A DNA stretch of 64,000 nucleotides from a virus. A program made the translations under genes and the position numbers. This document shows positions 1 through 9,688 of this stretch, piece after piece. The notes under the pieces were generated by a model that saw nothing but the letters and a program-made list of their open reading frames with translations, was not told the DNA's origin and did no database searches. The stretch lies in IMG/VR virus record IMGVR_UViG_3300044580_000410, positions 20,720 through 84,719 of that record, one strand, 5' to 3'. The stretch's first letter is position 1. Each line of letters begins with the position of its first letter.

Positions 1-1696
1 CATAAACTTTCTGGAGAATATTTGTTTGGACTATATTCCAATCTGTAAAAGTCCCTCTGATAAGCTGACCTGTACTTGGATCCGAATATTGATAAGTATC
101 AAGAGAGATACCGGTATTATCAAGTTTAAGATAACGATAAGCATATTCAAATTGAATAATCTGCTGTGGAGGAATCCCAACGGGATCGGGTATTGGGAAG
201 AAACCTCTTACCCTATATTTAGGATCCGCCATAACTGCAGAATTTTCATAAGCTACAGTTGCAAGTGATCTAACCAAAGATTGGTATTCGATAGTTTTCT
301 TTGAAAGATCGTTTATGTTTGCAGTAATCTTCGAATTCAAGTCTGCTCTGGCAGCTGGATCTGTTAATTCAACTAGCTGGGCTTTTTGCTGAGCAATAGT
401 AGTTTTGAGACTGTTTATGATAGTCTTAGTACTTTCAATCTGAGTCTGAGTATTTTTTATTGACTCAGTATCAAGAGCAGCATTCATTTGGGTATTGATT
501 TGCTTTACAGCAAACATATCCGTAGTTATAGAAGGAACTGTAGGAATTTGTCCATAATAAGCGGGAACAAATCTTTCTTTAGCTTGCCCTTCTAATTGTT
601 TCCCGAAATCTGAAACATAGCTGAAATAATAAGATTGGAAAGAAGTAGTTGTTCCTTCAAGAACTAAATCATTTGTGTAAAAATTAACACATTCACCCCA
701 GCTATCAGCGATGATATTAAAATCATCATTTACGCCTTTGAAAAAGAGAATATTGCATTCGTCATATCCAACAGCAATATCAATAAGTTTTTCTTCAAAA
801 GGAGTTGAATAAATGTTGAAGTAATTATTGATTGAAGGCTTTCCTAATCCTACAAGAGGGGTAAGTTGAACTCTTTTTTCGGTTACTTCTATTTTAGCAA
901 TTCTATAAAGAGAATCATTATATCTTAATTGATCTCCAACTTTTAACTCTAGATTATTTACAGGAGTAAAATCTGTTGTAAGAGCATAATTAAGAGTATC
1001 AAAATAAAACCATTCTTCATTATTGATAACTCCACGATTTATAATGAGGAATTCTCCTGTGTAAGGAGTTGGAAGAAGCGGTAAATTCTGAACCTGATCA
1101 TCTTCCCAATATCTTTTTCCATTAGTTGCAAGAATATTAAGAACCTGTTCATAGGTATATGTCTGACCTATAAAAGTGTCTTTAAACCATTGGGTTTCCT
1201 CATCATTGAAATTATCAAAGATAACTCTTTTTACAACTACCCTATCAGAACGATCATCTATTTTTCCTTTAAGATCAAACTCGACATAAAGTTGAGGAAA
1301 GATCATGTCTTCAAAAAACCAATTGCTCTTTGTTTTGAATTTTGAAGGAGCTGATACCTGTGTTATTTCAGCCGGGGATTTTGCAACAGGAACGGTAGAA
1401 ACTTCTCTATAAGTTCCATCATTAAGAAGAACTACTCCATTACCCGAAACAAATGTGTCGACCGTATTTGTTATCCTATTTAATTGACTTAAAATATAAG
1501 GATAAGAAGGTATCGCATAAGTATAAGTAGAAGGATCCCCGGTTACGGGATCTGTTCCTTCAACTTCTATATTTACAGTATCATTTTCAGTCGTTAAAGA
1601 TTCATTCATAGCTTCCATGGATGCGAGAGCCATATTAACGTTTTTGGTTAAATCTATAACATTCTGTGTGAATGAATTTTCAATTTTCTTTGACAT
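1..1696 (-). CDS. Large putative virion structural protein, 5' part only (runs off the left edge)
   Basis: Not in the ORF track. Manual reading gives ATG at 1696 (MSKKIENSFTQNVIDLTKNVNMALAS...); I translated only the first ~100 codons and assume the frame stays open to position 1. Co-oriented with 1718-5462. Confidence 0.65.
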   Translation of the reverse strand, partial: MSKKIENSFTQNVIDLTKNVNMALASMEAMNESLTTENDTVNIEVEGTDPVTGDPSTYTYAIPSYPYILSQLNRITNTVDTFVSGNGVVLLNDGTYREVSTVPVAKSPAEITQVSAPSKFKTKSNWFFEDMIFPQLYVEFDLKGKIDDRSDRVVVKRVIFDNFNDEETQWFKDTFIGQTYTYEQVLNILATNGKRYWEDDQVQNLPLLPTPYTGEFLIINRGVINNEEWFYFDTLNYALTTDFTPVNNLELKVGDQLRYNDSLYRIAKIEVTEKRVQLTPLVGLGKPSINNYFNIYSTPFEEKLIDIAVGYDECNILFFKGVNDDFNIIADSWGECVNFYTNDLVLEGTTTSFQSYYFSYVSDFGKQLEGQAKERFVPAYYGQIPTVPSITTDMFAVKQINTQMNAALDTESIKNTQTQIESTKTIINSLKTTIAQQKAQLVELTDPAARADLNSKITANINDLSKKTIEYQSLVRSLATVAYENSAVMADPKYRVRGFFPIPDPVGIPPQQIIQFEYAYRYLKLDNTGISLDTYQYSDPSTGQLIRGTFTDWNIVQTNILQKVY

Positions 1697-1717
1697 ATTT
1701 TTAATCTATTTTAATTT

Positions 1718-2113
1718 TTAAACACATCCCTCGTTATGCGATGTAACATCAAATGAATATCCAGCATAAGCATTATCACTTGTCCAATAAAAATCTATTG
1801 TTCCAGAGCCTACGCCTGACGCAGTAGCTGCATTTATTGATGCGTCTCCTGTTCCGCTTGTTGGCGATATAATACCATTTAAAATTGATGGATAAGTAAT
1901 ATACCAAGCAGCATTAGAAGAAACATCCCATTGACCGCCATCGCAAAGGGTACTTCCCCCATCAGCATACTGAGAATCCACTCCACTTACAGTCATAGCT
2001 CTTGATATTGATAAGAAATCAACAGGGCCTAAAGATCCTATCTTAGCCTCTTGGACCCCATTAATAGCTCCTATTTTATCAAATTGCGTACTATTTTTTG
2101 CTCCTACTGCCAT
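1718..2113 (-). CDS. Small Gly/Ser/Thr-rich putative virion protein
   Basis: 131-aa ORF, beta-rich composition, in the structural operon. Confidence 0.5.
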   Translation of the reverse strand: MAVGAKNSTQFDKIGAINGVQEAKIGSLGPVDFLSISRAMTVSGVDSQYADGGSTLCDGGQWDVSSNAAWYITYPSILNGIISPTSGTGDASINAATASGVGSGTIDFYWTSDNAYAGYSFDVTSHNEGCV

Positions 2114-2120
2114 TATATTA

Positions 2121-4820
2121 TTATTTTACCACTATAAAGTCCATTGAAGGATTAAAATAAATTATATCTTTTGCTAAAGCAACCCCTAAAACTTGAACGC
2201 AATGAGTTGCAATCGAAGGAGCTGTTTGAGTTAACTGATTCGAAGCAGAAAGATATAATTGCTTTCCTGGAGTCCAGGTCCAAGCAGAATTTCTTATTAT
2301 TCCTTCAAGTAAGAAAGGATAAGTATTTCCTGCTGTATAGTTCCCCGTACTTGGATTTATAGCAATTGCTGGAACTAAAGAAGATGAATCAGCATCAGCC
2401 AATTGCATTCTTCCTGTTGCTGCAGGCATTGCTAAATACATAGAATTAATTGTCGTTCCTGCTACTAAATCTATAGTTTGGCCTCTGTATGTTATAGAAG
2501 TCATATTTGCAGAAGGCTCGGGATAATTTTTAATTTGGTATCTTAAATCCAAACTATTTAAAGAAGCCCCGCCTCCATTATTAGTAGTATAGGAAATAAC
2601 CCCGTCGTTTGTCCCCCATGTGATAGAAGAGACAGAAGTTCCTATTGAACCATCTTGTATTTGATTCCAATTTGTTAATTGAGCTATTGAAGAATCAAAT
2701 TGAGCTTGAGAAACCCCGCTTCCTCCTGCTACACTTACATCTAATAGAGTTCCATTCCATACTAATCCGGATCCTATAGAACTTTCTTTTAGATAAGTCC
2801 CATCTGCTATGGTATTCTGCTTTGTTACATATAAATCTCCTATAGAAATATCATGAATTGTTAATTGAGCATCTCTAGATAAGAGAGAACCGTCTACATA
2901 AGATTGACTTACCCCGGTAACGATTATACTTACATCCAAGGTTCCTGCTGGACCCCATGCTAAACCTGTTCCAATAGATGAATTTAGAACAACAGATGGA
3001 GAAGTAAAAGAGGGGATGCTTACTTTATTAGAAGTATCTATAGTTAAAGCAGGTGTTAAACCGCCTGTATATAAAGCAATTTCTCTATAATTTGTTGAAC
3101 TTCCTAATTGCAGAGGAGATCCATAGGAAAGAATAACGTTTCCAGAAACATCTCTAATAGCTTTATTGATATAAATGTCTTTCATCTTAGAAGAAGCATC
3201 AACCTGGAATGGAAAATCTGGATTGGCGTTAAAAATACCCACCTTTCCGCTTTTCATATAAATTGATGATTCTACTAATGGATCGTCACCCGCTGAGAAC
3301 ATTGCAATTGCATTTTCTGTCCCCTGAATATCTACAGCAATGTCATTCACTTGTGCCTGAAGAGCTGTTAAGCTGTTAAGCATTTGTGTTTGGTTTGACT
3401 GTAGTGTTACATATTGATCGGAGATATAATTAAGAACGCTATTATTTCGAGTTAAAATATTAACTGCTTTTCCCAATTCTGCAAAAGCTAAATTCCAATT
3501 TTCAGCTTCAAAAATATCAGAAGTAGCATCATCAACGATAATAGCTCCAGTATCATCAAGCATATTATCTGTCTTAATATTAAGACGTAATGCGTATGAA
3601 GTTCCAAACCCTCCGGTGGTACTTTGGATCTTTTCCAAAGAAGGAATTAAAATACCATCCCCAGAGATTAATTGAGATGTCCCTGATGGAGCATCAAGGA
3701 ATAGAATACCTAATAGATTTGTAGCTAAAACAGTATCCTGAACAGCATTATAAACTGAATAATAAACAAGGACTGCATTAAATTCAAATCTATCATTTAT
3801 GGCATTATCTCCTGTAGCCATAGAGTCAAAAGTCAAATTTGGATCTCCGTAAATGGTTTTTAATTTATTTAGATCTAAGACAAGACCCATACAATCAACA
3901 AGGGATCTTTTAAATTCTACTGTTGTAGGCCCTACGATTTTTAGGGAAACATCATAAATTCCTGTAGTTAGATATGCCGATGTATCCGTCATATAAGTAT
4001 TTTCCTGGAGGGGTTCTCGACCTTCTGCTGTAAACCACCATCCTGGAGAAGCATCATAATATAAATAATATGGATAAGATCCAACTTGAATAGAGGAATC
4101 TACAAAATCGTAATATGCTTTATAGCTTAAACCATCTGGATGAGGTTGAAGCCAGTTTTCTCTTCCCAGAATATTTTCGCCGAGATTACCAATTTCCATT
4201 CCATGTTTATAGTTGGTATCTTCAGTCTGTTCAAAATAAGCCTCCATTTGTCCATGGGAAGTTGGAACCATAATATAAGTTTCATTATAAGTTCCAAACG
4301 AATCAGATCTAACATTACCTGCACTAACTAAGCCTACATATTTTACAACTGTATTATATCCAAGAGATCCATCAGGATCAGGAGCTTCCATCCAATATCC
4401 ATTAGAAGGATCCGCCCAACGAATAGCTCCAGTTTCTTTTAACCATTTCCAAAATACTCTTTCGGATACAGTTCTTTGGAGAGTTGCATCATAAGTGGGT
4501 TGATTTAGAAGGTTAGATTCTAAATTTAAAGCATAGTTTTGAAAACTTTCAGCTATGAGAACTCTACCGTCTTTTATATCTCCTGCGTTAGCATATTCTA
4601 AGGCACCATCAATTGCATATAGATTGAAACGATTTTCATTTATATTTGTTGGATATTGAATTCTTGGAATATCCAAAAGCGCAAAATGAGAAATTCTAAC
4701 ATCATTATTTTTCTCGTTAATGTTTAGACCAATATCTTCTGCAGCAGAACTAAAGACATAAATTGTCCCGCCTGAAGTTCTCATTCTTTTAACAAAAGGG
4801 GTTATTCTATTGTTGCTCAT
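2121..4820 (-). CDS. Putative tail fibre / baseplate-associated structural protein
   Basis: 899 aa; coiled coil near aa 450-500; fibre-like GKVGIFNANPDFPFQV segment; C-terminal WTWTPGKQLYLS...QVLGVAL domain seen in fibre/decoration proteins; rich in D-x-S. Confidence 0.55.
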   Translation of the reverse strand: MSNNRITPFVKRMRTSGGTIYVFSSAAEDIGLNINEKNNDVRISHFALLDIPRIQYPTNINENRFNLYAIDGALEYANAGDIKDGRVLIAESFQNYALNLESNLLNQPTYDATLQRTVSERVFWKWLKETGAIRWADPSNGYWMEAPDPDGSLGYNTVVKYVGLVSAGNVRSDSFGTYNETYIMVPTSHGQMEAYFEQTEDTNYKHGMEIGNLGENILGRENWLQPHPDGLSYKAYYDFVDSSIQVGSYPYYLYYDASPGWWFTAEGREPLQENTYMTDTSAYLTTGIYDVSLKIVGPTTVEFKRSLVDCMGLVLDLNKLKTIYGDPNLTFDSMATGDNAINDRFEFNAVLVYYSVYNAVQDTVLATNLLGILFLDAPSGTSQLISGDGILIPSLEKIQSTTGGFGTSYALRLNIKTDNMLDDTGAIIVDDATSDIFEAENWNLAFAELGKAVNILTRNNSVLNYISDQYVTLQSNQTQMLNSLTALQAQVNDIAVDIQGTENAIAMFSAGDDPLVESSIYMKSGKVGIFNANPDFPFQVDASSKMKDIYINKAIRDVSGNVILSYGSPLQLGSSTNYREIALYTGGLTPALTIDTSNKVSIPSFTSPSVVLNSSIGTGLAWGPAGTLDVSIIVTGVSQSYVDGSLLSRDAQLTIHDISIGDLYVTKQNTIADGTYLKESSIGSGLVWNGTLLDVSVAGGSGVSQAQFDSSIAQLTNWNQIQDGSIGTSVSSITWGTNDGVISYTTNNGGGASLNSLDLRYQIKNYPEPSANMTSITYRGQTIDLVAGTTINSMYLAMPAATGRMQLADADSSSLVPAIAINPSTGNYTAGNTYPFLLEGIIRNSAWTWTPGKQLYLSASNQLTQTAPSIATHCVQVLGVALAKDIIYFNPSMDFIVVK

Positions 4821-4841
4821 ATCTGGTTAAAATTTTATTTC

Positions 4842-5462
4842 TTAAATTATTGTATATGTTCCGCCGTATTGTTTTACCGCCCATGTAGTTCCATAGGAAG
4901 GGTCATAATCTACGGCAATTAGTTTTATCCAAGTTGTTGGGGCATCTGCATACGCGATACTTAAAACCTGGAAAGTTCCTCCAATACTAGGATCTAATAA
5001 TATGTTATAAGGTGCTGTATTTGTAGAAATATCGAATAGGATCTGAAATTCCTGCCCCATTGTTGAACAAAGAAAAGCAGTTGAAATATCATTTGTAATT
5101 TTGTAATATGGCTTGTTGACATCAACATAAGCAAAAGAAGTATTTTCCCATAAAGATGGGTCTGCTACCCTTGTTGAAACATCTGCGCCAATATAAGTAT
5201 TATAGAAATCTCCATCTACAGAAGTTGTATTATCATAAAGATTTGTAAACTGGTTTTTAACAATTAGATTGTCAACTACTGCTGTTACAAATTCCCCTCT
5301 GGCTGCCTTTACCCTTCCAGTTGTATTAACAGGTTTTATGATTATTCCGAGACTACCATCATAGAAAACATCAAGATAACGCTTAACAGAAGCGAAGTTA
5401 TAATTCCAGTGTCTTGGTAGTTCGGGGATAAAAGTATCCAAATAAATTTGATCCCAATTCAT
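4842..5462 (-). CDS. Putative virion structural protein, D-x-S rich
   Basis: 206-aa ORF directly after a GATATATA late-promoter-like motif. Confidence 0.5.
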   Translation of the reverse strand: MNWDQIYLDTFIPELPRHWNYNFASVKRYLDVFYDGSLGIIIKPVNTTGRVKAARGEFVTAVVDNLIVKNQFTNLYDNTTSVDGDFYNTYIGADVSTRVADPSLWENTSFAYVDVNKPYYKITNDISTAFLCSTMGQEFQILFDISTNTAPYNILLDPSIGGTFQVLSIAYADAPTTWIKLIAVDYDPSYGTTWAVKQYGGTYTII

Positions 5463-5479
5463 ATTATTAGATTTTTATT

Positions 5480-5487
5480 TATATATC
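5480..5487 (-). promoter_or_regulatory. Putative late promoter GATATATA
   Basis: Recurrent GATAWATA box shortly upstream of structural gene starts; resembles the T4 late promoter TATAAATA. Confidence 0.55.
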
Positions 5488-5561
5488 CGACAGTATTAAA
5501 AAGACTAGCTTTTGGCCGTAATATATAGCCTATAGTGTCAAACTTTTTAAACCTAAAATAA

Positions 5562-6809
5562 ATGAGTGGAAAATTAGAAGAATTCAATTGGGACTTATTT
5601 GAAAACAACTACACGGGAGGAACCCGCTTAACTGTTAACCCCAATATAAAAGGAGTAGATAGCAAAACCAGAGTTTTTAACCACGAACCTTACGCTCAAG
5701 AATTATTTGACCTATATTCCGAAAGATCCTCAAAATCAGTAAGAAAAGACCTAACAAAAGGAGACTGCGTTACAGTAGTCGAGATTCCTTATATTGATAA
5801 GGATAGGATGACTATTGAATTATTAGGAGGATTGACTGTGGATATAGATCTAAATAGAGAAAAGAGATTTGTTCAGATTTATGGATACCAAACCCCCGAA
5901 GAATTTGCACAGGTCCTTGCAAATCCTGAAATAAGAAAGAACTTCGTTTCGTCAGGATTTTATGCTTATGTTATTGAGTCATCACCTTCCCTAAAAATCA
6001 GTCTATGGCAAGGTCATATTAAGAAAACGAAAGATGAAATGATGGAACAAATCAGTGCTCCTTCAAAAGCTTATAAGGCTAAAGTTCTTAATGCTAACAG
6101 AGGGGGATATTTCGTGGAAGTTTCTGGTGTAGAAGCATTTATGCCAGGATCCCTTGCAGCTCCAAATAAAATTGTTGACTTCCAGACCCTTGTTGGAAAA
6201 GAAGTTATAGTTATGGTCGAAGATTTCTTAAAAGAAATGAATTCGTTCATTGTTTCTCATAAGAAATATATTGAGCATGTTTTACCACAGAAAATTGCTG
6301 AATTAGATCTTAATAAACTCTATTCGGGAACTGTAACTGGAACCTCCAAATACGGTATCTTTGTGGAATTTGGAGAAATATTCACTGGGTTGCTTCATGT
6401 TTCCAAAATGAAAGATAGTACCCTGGATCTCTTTAGAAAGAGAATATTTAAACCCGGGGACGCCGCTTCATTTTATATTGGAGAGATTACTAAGGAAAAT
6501 AGAATTATTTTAACAGAGGAAAGCCCAGAAGAAAAGAAAAAGAAAATAGATGATTTCATTCAAGCTAATAAAGGAAAATCATTAGAAGCTTCTATTGCGG
6601 CAATAATGAACTTTGGTGTTATTGTAAATGTTGGAGATATTACTGGAATAGTTCCATCAAAAGAATTTAGAATTCGAAAAATTTCTACTAGAAATTTTGT
6701 AATAGGGGATCCAATAAAGGTAAAATACTTGGATTTAAAGGATGATAAGATTACTTTTGAGCTGGATGCGCCAATAAAGAAATTTGAACCTAAAGAAAAA
6801 GAAGAATAA
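5562..6809 (+). CDS. Ribosomal protein S1-like multi-S1-domain protein
   Basis: Repeated S1/OB motifs: NRGGYFVEVSGVEAFMPGS, GTVTGTSKYGIFVEFGEIFTGLLHVSKM, IMNFGVIVNVGDITGIVP. Confidence 0.85.
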   Translation: MSGKLEEFNWDLFENNYTGGTRLTVNPNIKGVDSKTRVFNHEPYAQELFDLYSERSSKSVRKDLTKGDCVTVVEIPYIDKDRMTIELLGGLTVDIDLNREKRFVQIYGYQTPEEFAQVLANPEIRKNFVSSGFYAYVIESSPSLKISLWQGHIKKTKDEMMEQISAPSKAYKAKVLNANRGGYFVEVSGVEAFMPGSLAAPNKIVDFQTLVGKEVIVMVEDFLKEMNSFIVSHKKYIEHVLPQKIAELDLNKLYSGTVTGTSKYGIFVEFGEIFTGLLHVSKMKDSTLDLFRKRIFKPGDAASFYIGEITKENRIILTEESPEEKKKKIDDFIQANKGKSLEASIAAIMNFGVIVNVGDITGIVPSKEFRIRKISTRNFVIGDPIKVKYLDLKDDKITFELDAPIKKFEPKEKEE

Positions 6810-6839
6810 AAAGAAGGAGCACTAAGCTCCTTCTTTTTT
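6808..6839 (+). terminator. Intrinsic terminator
   Basis: AAAAGAAGGAGC-actaa-GCTCCTTCTTTT hairpin plus T-run after the S1 gene. Confidence 0.8.
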
Positions 6840-6842
6840 GCG

Positions 6843-6850
6843 GATAAATA
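6843..6850 (+). promoter_or_regulatory. Putative late promoter GATAAATA
   Basis: Motif between the terminator and the next ATG. Confidence 0.6.
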
Positions 6851-6866
6851 AAATAAAATAGATTTG

Positions 6867-8291
6867 ATGAAAGTTCTCTACAATCATATTAAAGATTACT
6901 CAATCCAAGAAGTATTCAATTCAACAAAAGTAGGGTTCGTTTTTGAGTTTTATTCTTCTGCAGAAGTACCATTTATAGCTGAAGACTTATCAAGGGTTTG
7001 TGGAAAATCTGTTGCTATAACTTCAGAAAAAATGATCCCAACCTGGGATAGCCCAATTTTGCTTCAGGAATATCAGGGTAAAAATCCCCGATATAAATTT
7101 ATCACTTCACCTCAGGATTTTTTAAGTATTGGTCCTATGCTTTTTGGAATTCTTGAATGGATAAATCAAAAAGCAAAAACTGACAAGACTACGGGATTAC
7201 AAGTATTGCTTTCATTTAATCATGGGTCTCTTCAAACAATTAATAGTATTTCTAATATGGATCCTGCAAAGATGATCCTTAAAATGGATGAAAACTATTT
7301 ATTTCAGAGATTTCCCGAAAGAAAGAATTCTCCTTTTGCAGTTAGTATTAAAACTTTAATTCCAACAAATGAGTTTATGACAGCTCCAAGTTCACTCGGG
7401 CATCTAAAAAGCTTCTTTGTTTTACCAAAAGCTCATTATTATGGAATAGATTTTTCTGATCAACCTATGGGGGAATTAAAATTTAATTATATTGGTGGTA
7501 AGGATTATCCAAAAAATCATAAATCCATAACAGAAGCTCTTCATTATTATATTCTCTCCACTTATCAGATCTTAAATTCTCAAGGATATACCCCTGAAAT
7601 GAATATAAGTGCAGAAAAAATATTTGAAGATTATCCTATTATTAGGAGAGCTTATTATGAGCCTAAATTCTTTTTAAAGAATTTTAAAGATATTCAGGTT
7701 GGCGTGGATCTAAAAAGGGCAGACGAAATCATTGAAGCATATTGGGCTAAATTAAGGGATCCCCTAATGAAATTAATGCTTGAATGCGGATTTAGAAAGG
7801 GAAAATTCAATTGGGATAGCGCTGAAGGAAGGTTTCAGATAAAAGAAGCTAAATTATCTGGAGGAAAAATCTCCAAATTAGATATTGTTGATTGTGAAAT
7901 ACAATCAGTTGTTGAAGACTGCGGAGTATGGAATAGTACCTTAAAAAATTCCAGAGTTATTCTTTCAACTCTTGTTGAGCATAATAAAATTGAAGATTGT
8001 GTTCTAGAAAATGTAAGAGCTGATAGAAATAATACTATTAAGAAAAGTTCCATCTATAATGCAGGTGAAATAATTAACTGCAACGTTAGTGAAAGTATTG
8101 TAAAAGATGCAGGTATTGGTAAGGAAGCCAAGCTTGATGAAGAATGTGTTGTGATTGAGCCAAAAAGAAAAATTGAAAAACAAGCAAAACCCCTTGCCAT
8201 TGAGGAAGTTAGAGATTATAAATGGTTAAAAGATTTAAACAAAGAACGAAAAGACAAGGGATTTCAAAATGAATATAAACCTAAGTGGTAA
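6867..8291 (+). CDS. Amidoligase-like protein with degenerate active-site motifs and C-terminal beta-helix-like repeats
   Basis: GFVFEFY and TTGLQVLLSF resemble amidoligase GxExE and TGLHVHxS motifs; C-terminal I/V-x-N/D-S/C repeats. Confidence 0.45.
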   Translation: MKVLYNHIKDYSIQEVFNSTKVGFVFEFYSSAEVPFIAEDLSRVCGKSVAITSEKMIPTWDSPILLQEYQGKNPRYKFITSPQDFLSIGPMLFGILEWINQKAKTDKTTGLQVLLSFNHGSLQTINSISNMDPAKMILKMDENYLFQRFPERKNSPFAVSIKTLIPTNEFMTAPSSLGHLKSFFVLPKAHYYGIDFSDQPMGELKFNYIGGKDYPKNHKSITEALHYYILSTYQILNSQGYTPEMNISAEKIFEDYPIIRRAYYEPKFFLKNFKDIQVGVDLKRADEIIEAYWAKLRDPLMKLMLECGFRKGKFNWDSAEGRFQIKEAKLSGGKISKLDIVDCEIQSVVEDCGVWNSTLKNSRVILSTLVEHNKIEDCVLENVRADRNNTIKKSSIYNAGEIINCNVSESIVKDAGIGKEAKLDEECVVIEPKRKIEKQAKPLAIEEVRDYKWLKDLNKERKDKGFQNEYKPKW

Positions 8292-8294
8292 AAA

Positions 8295-8951
8295 ATGGAT
8301 GGCTATATTTATATAATTACAAATACAATTAATAATAAACAATATGTTGGGAGTCGAATGTACAAAGGAAACCCCATCAAAGATTCTTATATGGGGTCTA
8401 GTAAACAACTAAAAGAGGAATATAAAATATATGGTTTAGAAAAATTCCAAAAAACCATTTTAGAATTTGGGTTTGAAACTAAAAAAGATCTTTTGGATGC
8501 AGAAACAGAAAACATATTGAAATTTAATACTTTAACTCCCGCAGGATATAATAAATATTTGCCTAATGTTCGATATGGATTTTATATGGGGGGATGCTGC
8601 CATTCTCAGGAAACTAAAAATAAAATGAAAGGACGAATCCCTTGGATGAAGGGAAAAAAACATTCAAAAGAATCTATTATAAAAAACAGGGAAAAACATT
8701 TAGGATTTATAATGCCGGAAGAGCAAAAGCAAAAAATTAGAAATACTTTATCTGGCAGAATTTTTTCTGAGGAACATAAGAATAAATTAAAGGGCAAAAG
8801 CCATCCTATATCAGAAAAACAAAAGAAAACTTTAAGAGAATTTAGACTTGGGAAATCACCAGGAAATAAGGGAAAATCACCATCAGAGGAGACAAAAGAA
8901 AAAATGAGAAATGCCTGGATTTTAAGAAGAAAAAAATTAGAAATAAAATGA
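8295..8951 (+). CDS. GIY-YIG homing endonuclease with NUMOD3-type repeats
   Basis: GYIYIITNTINNKQYVGS, YMGS, GYN; HSQETKNKM and SEETKEKM repeats. Confidence 0.9.
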   Translation: MDGYIYIITNTINNKQYVGSRMYKGNPIKDSYMGSSKQLKEEYKIYGLEKFQKTILEFGFETKKDLLDAETENILKFNTLTPAGYNKYLPNVRYGFYMGGCCHSQETKNKMKGRIPWMKGKKHSKESIIKNREKHLGFIMPEEQKQKIRNTLSGRIFSEEHKNKLKGKSHPISEKQKKTLREFRLGKSPGNKGKSPSEETKEKMRNAWILRRKKLEIK

Positions 8952-9682
8952 ATAAAGTAGAATTCATAGAAAGAATAAATGGCGAAATTACCGCTAGCTG
9001 TGCTTTGCCATATTCACTTCCTCAGAAAGAGATCGAACGTATTATTGATAAGGAAATGAGATGGCTTTATAGGGAATATAGAGAGCTTCTTTATGATAGG
9101 ATCTATATACTTAATAAATCCTATTATCAAACTCCTCAATGGAGGGATACTCGAACATTCCAGTTAAATACTTGCACAGAAGGTATAAAAGCTGTAAAAG
9201 AAATGACTGGGGGATCAAGAATATTTGGTATTAATGACCCAGACTTAAACTTTGACAGATTAATGGCGTCAGATCTTTATCTAACACCGCTTTCGTCTGA
9301 TCAGATTACTTATAGAACTATTCAATGGAGTTTCTGGGATCTTGCAAGAGCATTTAACTTGCAGGATATAAATCATGATTTTAATCCAAATACGCATAGA
9401 TTAGCAATTACAGGTAGAACACCAAATGAAAGCTTATTTGTTCTAGCTTTGGATCATATTCCGGAGGAAGATGCTTATGAAGATACCATTGTATTAGATT
9501 GGATGATCGCGAAATGTAAACTTTCTCTCGCTCGCATACTCGGGACTTTTAATTATCAGCTCTTGGGTAATGTACAGATCAATTATGATAACTGGAGAAC
9601 TGAAGGTAATGAAGAATTAGAAAGATTAAGGGAAAAAATTAAAGGGGATTCCGCTGTTGACTGGTTTCTTATGTTTCCATAA
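8948..9682 (+). CDS. Neck / head-tail adaptor protein (T4 gp13-like)
   Basis: C-terminal AKCKLSLARILGTFNYQLLGNVQINYDNWRTEGNEELERLREKI resembles the gp13 C-terminal pattern. Confidence 0.65.
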   Translation: MNKVEFIERINGEITASCALPYSLPQKEIERIIDKEMRWLYREYRELLYDRIYILNKSYYQTPQWRDTRTFQLNTCTEGIKAVKEMTGGSRIFGINDPDLNFDRLMASDLYLTPLSSDQITYRTIQWSFWDLARAFNLQDINHDFNPNTHRLAITGRTPNESLFVLALDHIPEEDAYEDTIVLDWMIAKCKLSLARILGTFNYQLLGNVQINYDNWRTEGNEELERLREKIKGDSAVDWFLMFP

Positions 9683-9688
9683 AGTATT

